DNA of 43,818 nt from Candidatus Aminicenantales bacterium. Its GTDB lineage: Bacteria > Acidobacteriota > Aminicenantia > Aminicenantales > UBA4085. The notes below the pieces were generated by a model that ran no database searches, had not been told where the DNA came from, and saw only the letters and a program-made list of their open reading frames with translations. A program made the translations under genes and the position numbers. The DNA is taken from assembly GCA_049515535.1 (NCBI GenBank), contig JBEKTZ010000013.1, forward strand, positions 62,001 to 105,818. Reading direction: 5' to 3'. The stretch's first letter is position 1; each line of letters begins with the position of its first letter. Shown here in pieces: positions 28,715 to 36,506 of this stretch.

Positions 28715-30001
28715 ATGACATACAAATTCGAGTGGAACGAGTTCGCGGACCAGCCGCACAACGTCGCGCCGCGCTCCGAACGGACCCGCCACCATTTCCG
28801 TCATTGGCGGACCTACGTGTCCATGGCCTGGGCCGACATCCTGTCCGGCGTTCCCAGCCTGTTCCTTTACCGCCGCTACCGGAAAAGGATGTACCGCCGC
28901 CCCGTGAAAATCGGCCGGGACATGTTCGCCGTCTCCGTTTCTCCCCAGGCCGGACGGAACGAAGACGTCGTCGCGCTCTTGCGGGAGACGGGCGTCCGCG
29001 AAACGCTCATCCGCATCCCGTCTTGGGAAAAGGAAAACCTCGAGGCCTACGCGAAGTTCGCCGGACTTCTCCGCGCCCGGGACATCGGCCTGACCGTCGC
29101 CCTGCTGCAGCGGCGCGAGGACGTCTTCGAGCCGGCGTCCTGGAGGCGTTTTTTGGAGGACGTCTTCGCCCGTTTCCGGGCCTTTTCTCCGTTCTATGAG
29201 ATCGGGCACGCCTGGAACCGGACGAAATGGGGAGTCTGGGATTATACGGAATATCTGAAATTGGCCCGGCCCGCTTTCGCACTCCGCGAAAAATACGGCG
29301 TGAAGCTCGTCGGCCCGGCCGTGATCGATTTCGAGTTCCATCTCTATCCGCCGACGCTCCGCGCCCTTCCGTTCGATAAAGTGAGCTCGCTTCTGTATGT
29401 GGACCGCATGGGAGCGCCCGAGAACGCCCAGTTCGGCTGGACCACGGCCATGAAGGTCGCTTTGCTCAAGGCGGTGGCGGACGGCTCCGCGCCCAAACCG
29501 CGCGGCTGCTGGATCACGGAAACCAACTGGCCGCTCCGGGGAACCGGAAAATATTCGCCCGCGTCGGGAACGCCGAATGTCACGGAAGAGGAGCAGGCGG
29601 ATTATCTGGTGCGTTTCTATGTCCTCTGCCTGGCTGGCGGGATGATCGAGCGGGTTTTCTGGTGGCAGCTCGTCGCCCCCGGCTACGGTCTCGTGGACAG
29701 CCGGGAGACGGCCTGGCGGCGGCGGCCGAGTTTTTTCGCTCTCAAAACGATGGTCGGGATCCTTTCCGGCGGATCGTTCACGAAAAAGGCCGGCTGTCCC
29801 GGCCGGCGCGGAGCGGAGATCTTTCATTTCGAAAAAGACGGAAATAAATTGGCCGTGTGCTGGACGAACGGCCCTCCGTTCGAACATGAGTTCGCCGATC
29901 CTGTGTCCGGGATCGTGGGGCGGGACGGAAGCGCCTTGGAGGCCCGGGGCAACCGGGTCGGAATCGAGGGGAGCCCGAAATATGTCTTCTTCAAATCATG
30001 A
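28715..30001 (+). CDS. Clan GH-A-like (beta/alpha)8 glycoside hydrolase homolog
   Basis: IRIPSWE, YEIGHAWN, LVGPA, WITETNWP, EEEQADYLVR, VFWWQL..PGYGL, RPSFFAL. Start taken at ATG 28715 because the upstream TTG lies inside repeat A2. Confidence 0.7.
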   Translation: MTYKFEWNEFADQPHNVAPRSERTRHHFRHWRTYVSMAWADILSGVPSLFLYRRYRKRMYRRPVKIGRDMFAVSVSPQAGRNEDVVALLRETGVRETLIRIPSWEKENLEAYAKFAGLLRARDIGLTVALLQRREDVFEPASWRRFLEDVFARFRAFSPFYEIGHAWNRTKWGVWDYTEYLKLARPAFALREKYGVKLVGPAVIDFEFHLYPPTLRALPFDKVSSLLYVDRMGAPENAQFGWTTAMKVALLKAVADGSAPKPRGCWITETNWPLRGTGKYSPASGTPNVTEEEQADYLVRFYVLCLAGGMIERVFWWQLVAPGYGLVDSRETAWRRRPSFFALKTMVGILSGGSFTKKAGCPGRRGAEIFHFEKDGNKLAVCWTNGPPFEHEFADPVSGIVGRDGSALEARGNRVGIEGSPKYVFFKS

Positions 30002-30641
30002 CGGCCCAGGCTCGAAATTCACCGCGCAGGGCGTCCGCGAATACGAGCGCCGGCGCTACCGCGGGATCGACCAGCGGATCGTCCACGCCCGGGAAGTCCG
30101 CCTGATCAAAAAATTCATCGCGATCGTTCGAAAGACCGGAAACGGGAAAGCGCTCGGCCCCTTCCTGGATATGCCGTGCGGCTACGGCCGGTTCACGGAA
30201 TTGTTGCGTTCGGGCGGGGCGGCCCTCGTCGACGGCGATCTGTCCCAGGAGATGGTCCGGCGGGCCGGAGCGAAAAGTGGAATCCCGGGCGTCGTGGCGA
30301 ACGCGAAACAGGGATTGCCTTTTAAAAACGGCGTTTTCGGGATCGTCTTTTCGATCCGGTTCTTCCATCACCTCCACGACCCGGAGGACCGGGACGCCGT
30401 GCTTCGCGAGTTTTCCCGCGTGTCGTCCGGATGGGTCGTCATATCATTTTATCGGATGAACGGCTTCCATCGGCTCCAGCGCAAGATCCGGAGGATGTTG
30501 AACAAGAGCCGGACGAACATCCGGATGATCGAGCGCGGGCGGTTCGAACAGGAGGCGAAAGCGGCGGGTTTGACTCCCGTCAGCGTGAAACCTCTTTTTC
30601 GCGGCCTCCACGCCTATCACCTGGCCCTGCTGAAGAAATAA
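29982..30641 (+). CDS. Class I SAM-dependent methyltransferase
   Basis: LDMPCGYGRF, DLSQEM, LPFKNGVFGIVFSIRFFHH; overlaps the end of the GH gene. Confidence 0.85.
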   Translation: MSSSNHDGPGSKFTAQGVREYERRRYRGIDQRIVHAREVRLIKKFIAIVRKTGNGKALGPFLDMPCGYGRFTELLRSGGAALVDGDLSQEMVRRAGAKSGIPGVVANAKQGLPFKNGVFGIVFSIRFFHHLHDPEDRDAVLREFSRVSSGWVVISFYRMNGFHRLQRKIRRMLNKSRTNIRMIERGRFEQEAKAAGLTPVSVKPLFRGLHAYHLALLKK

Positions 30642-30724
30642 AAAATAGGGAAGGAAAGAGGAAGGCACAAGTCTCGATTCCCGGATTCCATGAGCCCCTG
30701 GCGGGGCCGCGATAGCACGCCCCC

Positions 30725-30858
30725 TCGACGGCGGACGGGGCTCCGGGCTTTGCCCGGGGATCCACTTCCGCCGTACTCGCCCGTGGATATAAGCTACGGG
30801 CGAGTGGTGAGCCGAAGGCTCGACCCTTGATTTCCGCCGCGAAGGCTCGTCCCTTGAT
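30725..30858 (+). repeat. Family A element, copy A3, plus a tandem duplicate of the 3' end
   Basis: Diverged 107-bp copy (30725-30831) followed by TTCCGCCGCGAAGGCTCGTCCCTTGAT, which is the 3' end of the short form. Confidence 0.93.
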
Positions 30859-30861
30859 GAA

Positions 30862-32046
30862 TCAGAATTTGATCTTGACGCCGAACCGCAACGAGATGCC
30901 GGAGAAATCGACCGTGGCTTCGCGCACGTTTTCGATGTAGGCGTCCGAAGGCTTTTGGTTGCTGATGAAGAGAAACGGGGAAAACGACTTGCCGGATTCG
31001 CGATAATCGTAAGCGTAGAGCTTGCCGGTTTCCGTGATCGGGTCCGACAATCCGGTGATGAGATATGTCCCCGTACCCTCGAACGCTTTGAGCGGAGCGT
31101 ATTGTCCGAGGGCCTCGAACACGAGCGCGATATTGTCGGCGATGGCCCATTCGTAGCCCAGGCCGCCGATCCAGCCGAGGCCCTGAGAGGTGGCGTCTCC
31201 CCGCCACTCCCAGAAGAAATTTTCGTTTTGATAGCGGTAATAGTATCCGCATTTGGCGAAATAGAAGGCGACGCCGAACTTGATGTAAAAGGAGTCCGTG
31301 GGATAGAGGACGATCGCCAGTTTCACCGGAACGGCTTGGAATTGGGGCTTTGTCATGAACGTCGCTGCGGCCGTGCCCAGGGAGTACGAGACCGTGGAGT
31401 TTTTCGCCGTGTTGAAAAAGTCCACGCCGGCCGTGAGGTGAATGCGTTGGGAAAGGTAAACGGCGACTTCGCCGCCGAAAATATAGCTCAGATGCGCGGG
31501 GGTCACTTTCGTATCGCCGGCAGCTCCGGATTGCGTCCCTTTGTAATCGGCCAGGGTTTGCGCTCCGGCGTTGAGATCGCCGCCGAGGGCGTAGTTCGCG
31601 CCGGCCGAAAGCGTGACGGCCCAAAGCCAGGCAGGCGGCTCTCCGCCGGTTTCCTCCGGCGGCGTCTCCTGGACCACGACGTCCGTTCTTTGGGGCTGTT
31701 CGATGTTCTTTTTTACGGGGACCTCGACGATCTGGGGCTTGCGCTCCGTTATCGGGGTTTCTCCGAGCGGAAGGACCAGGCTTTCGTGGACATATCCAGA
31801 AGCCGCGCCGCTCTCGTCCGGCTCGAGCTTGACCAGATAAAATTCTCCTTCCTTGCGGATGGATTCGAGGATAGCGCCCTCGGGGATCTGGCGGATGATG
31901 GCGCTGCTGATCGACGGCTTGAGCCGGATATTGGCCAGCTCGGCCATGACCTTCAATTTCAAGGGAGCGGCGGAAAAGGCCCTCGTCCCCGCGAGCAAGA
32001 CCAGGGCCGCAAGGAAGCCGAATGACAGGCCGAGGTTCTTTTTCAT
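30862..32046 (-). CDS. SH3-like domain plus outer-membrane beta-barrel protein
   Basis: Signal peptide, ANIRLKPS...GYVHESLV (bacterial SH3), Pro/Glu linker, barrel ending GVKIKF. Start may be 32064. Confidence 0.75.
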   Translation of the reverse strand: MKKNLGLSFGFLAALVLLAGTRAFSAAPLKLKVMAELANIRLKPSISSAIIRQIPEGAILESIRKEGEFYLVKLEPDESGAASGYVHESLVLPLGETPITERKPQIVEVPVKKNIEQPQRTDVVVQETPPEETGGEPPAWLWAVTLSAGANYALGGDLNAGAQTLADYKGTQSGAAGDTKVTPAHLSYIFGGEVAVYLSQRIHLTAGVDFFNTAKNSTVSYSLGTAAATFMTKPQFQAVPVKLAIVLYPTDSFYIKFGVAFYFAKCGYYYRYQNENFFWEWRGDATSQGLGWIGGLGYEWAIADNIALVFEALGQYAPLKAFEGTGTYLITGLSDPITETGKLYAYDYRESGKSFSPFLFISNQKPSDAYIENVREATVDFSGISLRFGVKIKF

Positions 32047-32119
32047 GGGACGCCCTTTTTTCATTCCGGATTATAGCATGAAAAACGAAAGAGACAATAC
32101 CCTGAGTTACGGCCGGATG

Positions 32120-33010
32120 TCACCTGCGGCCTCCCCCCGAGACACGGATGACTCCGGGGAGGAAGAATTTGAGGCCGGCCGAGATTTGGAAAAACGAAGG
32201 GTGGATATGCAGGGCGGTCGTCCTCTGCCCGGCCAGCTGCGCCGATTCGCGGCTGAAAATATTTTGACCCAGGTCGTCAACCACGCCATCCGTCCATGTC
32301 CAGCGGAGCGTTCTCGCCGGGCAGTAAAAATAGCGCGCTTCGGCCGTGAGGGCCAGGGTTTCACCGATCTTGACGTCGAACCCGCCGCCGATGTCGGCCC
32401 CGAACGACGACCACGTCGTGTCCGCGACGGTCACCGGGACTTTAAAGGCCGTGACCATTTCGGTTCCGAAGTCGAGTTTGATGAAAGTTCCGGCGCCCGC
32501 GGACGAATCGGCCAGGAAAGAATTCAAAAAATAAGCGATCCCGCCCGAGGCGAACGCCTGGAATCCCGACGTCCCGACCCGGCCGACCACATTAAGGCAC
32601 AGCGGGACCGCGGTGATTTCACCTTTGCCCTTCCAACTGTTCCCGCGTCCAGCATACGGGCCGACGAGTGCGCGCATTTCGAACTGGGTTTGGCCGGACA
32701 GGGGAGATCTGAGGTAGCCGAAACCCGCCTGGATGCCGATATTCCGGCCGATAAAAAAAGAGCAGAAACCCCCGGCATAAAGGGCCGGGGCGGGAGCGAG
32801 GGCCATGTTATCATCCTCGGCGATGCGCTGGCCTCCCGGAGTCGACCATTCATTGTGATAGGCCGATCCGACCTCGGCCATCGATTTTCCATAGCCGGCG
32901 AAGAGGCTGACTTCGACCCGATTCCGGGGCGTTTCCTGGGCGGCGAAGGTCAAGGCCCGCGCCGCGAGAAGAGCCGGCACCAGGAAAATAAGGACTTTTT
33001 TTTTCTTCAT
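32120..33010 (-). CDS. Outer-membrane beta-barrel protein
   Basis: Signal peptide, VEVSLFAGY, FGADIGGGFD, EARYF, FQISAGLKFF. Confidence 0.72.
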   Translation of the reverse strand: MKKKKVLIFLVPALLAARALTFAAQETPRNRVEVSLFAGYGKSMAEVGSAYHNEWSTPGGQRIAEDDNMALAPAPALYAGGFCSFFIGRNIGIQAGFGYLRSPLSGQTQFEMRALVGPYAGRGNSWKGKGEITAVPLCLNVVGRVGTSGFQAFASGGIAYFLNSFLADSSAGAGTFIKLDFGTEMVTAFKVPVTVADTTWSSFGADIGGGFDVKIGETLALTAEARYFYCPARTLRWTWTDGVVDDLGQNIFSRESAQLAGQRTTALHIHPSFFQISAGLKFFLPGVIRVSGGGRR

Positions 33011-33162
33011 GCGTTTATTGCGCCGGCCCGTGAGAAAATTACGGAGGGGCCGCGTTTTTTATATCGCATCGTCGCGAGCATTGCAAGGACGGCGAAAGCG
33101 GCCGGGACGGTCTTGCACATTTGTCCGCATAAGTGATATTTTATGAAAATCGGGAGGATGCC

Positions 33163-33954
33163 ATGACGAAAAGGGCCGGAAAGATTTTCACGATGGTTAT
33201 GACGGGCGTTTTGACCAGCCTGATGATCGCGGGCGCCTTCGCCCTGCCCGCCAAGCAGCCGAAAATCGTCTTCAAGGATGACGCCAAGGATTTCGGCAAG
33301 GTCAAGCAGGGCGAAACGCTGACGTACGAATTCGTTTTCAAGAACGAAGGCGATGACGTTTTGAACGTCAAGGATGTCGAAACCTCGTGCGGATGCGCCG
33401 CCGCGATCATTTCGGAAAAGAAGATCGACCCGGGCAAGACGGGCAAGATCAAAGTCACCTTCGATTCGCGGGGCTACCAGGGCGAGGTGACGAAATATGT
33501 CTACGTCGATTCCGACGATCCGCTGGCGCCGCGCATCCAACTCAAGATCACGGCCGCCGTGGACGTGCCTCCCCAGCCCCGGATCGACCTCGACCGCTAT
33601 TCCTATGACGCCGGCCTCCTGGTCGAGGGCGATGACCTCGAAGCGAGCGTCGTCGTGAAGAACAGGGGAGAACTCGAGCTGAGATTCGAATGCGCCCTCC
33701 AGCCCGCGACATTCCTCGTCGGCGGCAAGCCCGCCCGCTTTCCCATCAAAGTCGCGGCCGGAAAGGACGTCGAGGTCGTCGTCAAGCTGGCCCTCGCGGG
33801 CCGCGTCGGCCTGGTCCGGGAGTTCATGTTGTTCAAATCCAACGACCCGCTGCGCTCCACGATCTCGATGAACCTCAACGGCTATGTCGTCACCAGAGAC
33901 CAGCTCAAAAAAATCATCGAAAAGTACAAGACCATCCTGAAAAAAGCCCTTTGA
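33163..33954 (+). CDS. DUF1573 domain-containing exported protein
   Basis: DFGKV...YEFVFKNEG...VETSCGC...IDPGKTGKIKVTFD; GGAGG RBS. Confidence 0.85.
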   Translation: MTKRAGKIFTMVMTGVLTSLMIAGAFALPAKQPKIVFKDDAKDFGKVKQGETLTYEFVFKNEGDDVLNVKDVETSCGCAAAIISEKKIDPGKTGKIKVTFDSRGYQGEVTKYVYVDSDDPLAPRIQLKITAAVDVPPQPRIDLDRYSYDAGLLVEGDDLEASVVVKNRGELELRFECALQPATFLVGGKPARFPIKVAAGKDVEVVVKLALAGRVGLVREFMLFKSNDPLRSTISMNLNGYVVTRDQLKKIIEKYKTILKKAL

Positions 33955-34175
33955 AAATTTACCTGAGCGTCAAAGTTCAGCCCCGCTCCTCCCGGCCCGG
34001 CGTCGAAGAGACCGGCCGGGGGGAATTCAGAGTCCGGGTGAAAGCCGCGCCGGACAAAGGCCGGGCCAACGCTGAGGTCATCGAGCTCCTGGCGGAACAT
34101 TTCGACGTCCCTCCGTCCCGGATTAAGATCGTCCGCGGCGCGATATCGCGCACAAAAATAATCGTCATCGAATAA
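33951..34175 (+). CDS. DUF167/YggU family protein
   Basis: TTG start overlapping the upstream stop; VKVQPRS...VKAAPDKGRANAEVIELLA...GAISRTK. Confidence 0.88.
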   Translation: MKIYLSVKVQPRSSRPGVEETGRGEFRVRVKAAPDKGRANAEVIELLAEHFDVPPSRIKIVRGAISRTKIIVIE

Positions 34176-34186
34176 AAACCCTTACT

Positions 34187-35255
34187 GGGGTCGCGTCTAC
34201 ACTTTGCACTTTTTCTATTCCCTTTTGAGAAGTTTCAACCCCATCCCCGTCTCATCCAAAGGAAGCCATTTATCTAAAGAGAGCTCATTAATGGCTAGAC
34301 AGCTTCGTATCGAGTATCCGGGGGCCTTCTATCATGTCGTATCGAGAGGTAATCAAAAACAACCTATCGTGAAAGACGACAGCGATAAAGCTGCTTTTAT
34401 AAATTATCTTTCAAGGGCTAACGAAAAATTCAGAGCGATTTTTCATGCTTTCTGCCTGATGGAAAATCATTATCACCTATTTATCGAAACGCCCCACGGG
34501 AATTTATCAATGATCATGCATTTCATTAACACGTCCTATACTATTTATTTCAATAAAAAGCATGATCGAGTCGGACACCTTTTTCAAGGCCGTTTTAAAG
34601 CTATCTTAATAGAAACAGACTCCTATGCCCAAGAATTGTCACGATATATGCATCTGAATCCCGTACGAGCCGAAATCGTCGCCTTACCGGAAGAATATCC
34701 TTGGTCGAGCTACAGAGAATACGCTGGCCAAAGAGGGGCCACGCCGTGGCTGAATACAGCTTTAGTGCTCGGATATTTCGGGGATACCATCGAGAAAGCC
34801 AAGAAGCGCTATAAGGAGTATGTCCATGATGCCATTGACAAAAGGATCGAGAGCCCTCTAAAGAAAGCAGGGCCGTCTTTAATTTTAGGGAGCGAAGATT
34901 TCCTCGCCAGGATAAAAAAGGAGTTCCTTCTTCATAAAACCGAGAACCGCGAAGTCCCGGCGATTCGATCGTTGAAAGAAAAACCCGCTCTTGAATTGAT
35001 ACTTCGCATAGTCGAAAGGGAATTGGGGGGAAAAAATCGTTTTACAAGAAACATGGCTATTTTTCTGTGTCGAGGAAAAACCGATTATCCCTTGAGGGAA
35101 ATCGCGGCATTCTACAGAATTAGTCCTTCGGCCATTGTGAAAATTAGCCGACAAATGAAAGAAAGGCTAGCCTGTAATAAGGCTCTAGAAAATGCCCTCG
35201 AAGTGATCGAGAAATCTCTTTTCGGCTGAAAAGTGCAAAGTGTAGACGCGACCCC
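34187..35255 (+). mobile_element. Y1 (RAYT-type) transposase element bounded by perfect 27-bp terminal inverted repeats
   Basis: GGGGTCGCGTCTACACTTTGCACTTTT at 34187-34213 and its exact reverse complement at 35229-35255. The interior is visibly more AT-rich than the flanks. No target-site duplication seen. Confidence 0.88.
34291..35229 (+). CDS. REP-associated tyrosine transposase (RAYT/TnpA-REP-like, HUH Y1) with a C-terminal HTH
   Basis: MARQLR..YPGAFYHVVSRGN, CLMENHYHL (HUH), GHLFQGRF, YMHLNPVRA, YPWSSY; C-terminal RNMAIFL...LREIA helix-turn-helix. Confidence 0.92.
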   Translation: MARQLRIEYPGAFYHVVSRGNQKQPIVKDDSDKAAFINYLSRANEKFRAIFHAFCLMENHYHLFIETPHGNLSMIMHFINTSYTIYFNKKHDRVGHLFQGRFKAILIETDSYAQELSRYMHLNPVRAEIVALPEEYPWSSYREYAGQRGATPWLNTALVLGYFGDTIEKAKKRYKEYVHDAIDKRIESPLKKAGPSLILGSEDFLARIKKEFLLHKTENREVPAIRSLKEKPALELILRIVERELGGKNRFTRNMAIFLCRGKTDYPLREIAAFYRISPSAIVKISRQMKERLACNKALENALEVIEKSLFG

Positions 35256-35405
35256 GTTTTCGTTAAAAGAAAGGCCGCTCTTTCGTCGTTTTTTCCCCTG
35301 TGTTGAAAATTAATCTTCCCGGCGGACGTCTATTCTTTATTCGCGGCTTTGCGGTCAATCCTCGGCGGGATTTCCCCGGGGCCTGAGCGTGGGGCAAAGG
35401 AAAAG

Positions 35406-36506
35406 ATGAACGAGCGGAAGATCCCCTGGCTGGCCTTGAACCTCGCCCTCGGCGACAATCTCAAGCTCCTGCGGAAGGTTCTCGAACGCTTTTCCTCGCC
35501 GGATGAAGCCTTCCGTTCGCCGCGCCCCGGGCTTTATGCCCTCGGTCTCGACGAAAACCGCGTGGAGCGCTTCCTGTCGCTGAAGCTCGTCGAGCAAGCC
35601 CACAAAGAATTTGACAGACTGAAAAAGAAAGGCTATTCTCTTGTAACCTTTGAGGACAGCGAATATCCGGCTTACCTCAGAGAAGTCTTCGATTCTCCCT
35701 GCGTCCTGTATTGTGCGGGGCGTGCGGAGGCGTTGCAGGGCCCGGCCGTCGCTATCGTCGGCACACGGAAGCCCTCCCCCTACGGAAGGGCCGTCGCCGA
35801 GAGACTGGCCGAAGACCTTGCCTCCCGAGGGGTAGTGATCGTGAGCGGGCTGGCCGTGGGCATCGATGCGATCGCCCACTGGGGAGCTTTAAAAGGAGGT
35901 CGAACGGTCGCCGTGTTAGGCTCAGGATTGGAAAATTTATATCCGAAAGCGAACCGCAAGCTCGCGGACAGGATCGCGGGAAACGGAGCGGTCGTCACCG
36001 AATTTCCGCTCGACTCGGAGCCGTTCGCTCAGAATTTTCCCCGGCGCAACAGGATCATCAGCGGCCTGGCCCGGGCGGTCGTGGTCGTCGAGGCCGCCGA
36101 GAAAAGCGGCGCACTCATCACGGCCCACTTCGCCCTCGACCAGAACCGGGAGATCATGGCCGTTCCGGGCAACATCACCTCGGAACTCAGCCGGGGGGCC
36201 AACGGCCTGATCAAAAAGGGCGCCAAGCTCATCGAGGGCTGGGAGGACATCGCCGAAGAGCTGTCGTCTCCGCTCCGCGAGACGCTTTTGTCCCAAAGGG
36301 AAGGCGAAACTCGCCCCCTTCCGTTGATGACCGACGAAGAGGCGGCCGTCTATAAATTATTAAAGGTCGATGAGCTCGCCCACATCGACGATCTCATGGA
36401 CCAGAGCGGGCTGTCGATTTCCGAGCTGCTCGCCCTTCTGCTGAACCTCGAGATCAAGGGCTTGATCACGCAGAGCCCGGGCAAGTATTTCCAGAGGAGA
36501 ATGTGA
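35406..36506 (+). CDS. dprA: DNA-processing protein DprA
   Basis: VAIVGTRKPSPYG, IVSGLAVGID, NFPRRNRIISGL, VEAAEKSGALITA. Confidence 0.96.
   Translation: MNERKIPWLALNLALGDNLKLLRKVLERFSSPDEAFRSPRPGLYALGLDENRVERFLSLKLVEQAHKEFDRLKKKGYSLVTFEDSEYPAYLREVFDSPCVLYCAGRAEALQGPAVAIVGTRKPSPYGRAVAERLAEDLASRGVVIVSGLAVGIDAIAHWGALKGGRTVAVLGSGLENLYPKANRKLADRIAGNGAVVTEFPLDSEPFAQNFPRRNRIISGLARAVVVVEAAEKSGALITAHFALDQNREIMAVPGNITSELSRGANGLIKKGAKLIEGWEDIAEELSSPLRETLLSQREGETRPLPLMTDEEAAVYKLLKVDELAHIDDLMDQSGLSISELLALLLNLEIKGLITQSPGKYFQRRM

Noticed and set aside
26261..33136. Long opposite-strand ORFs (26261-27709, 28499-29887, 30955-32025, 31853-33136)
   Set aside because: All overlap well-supported genes on the other strand and lack motifs.
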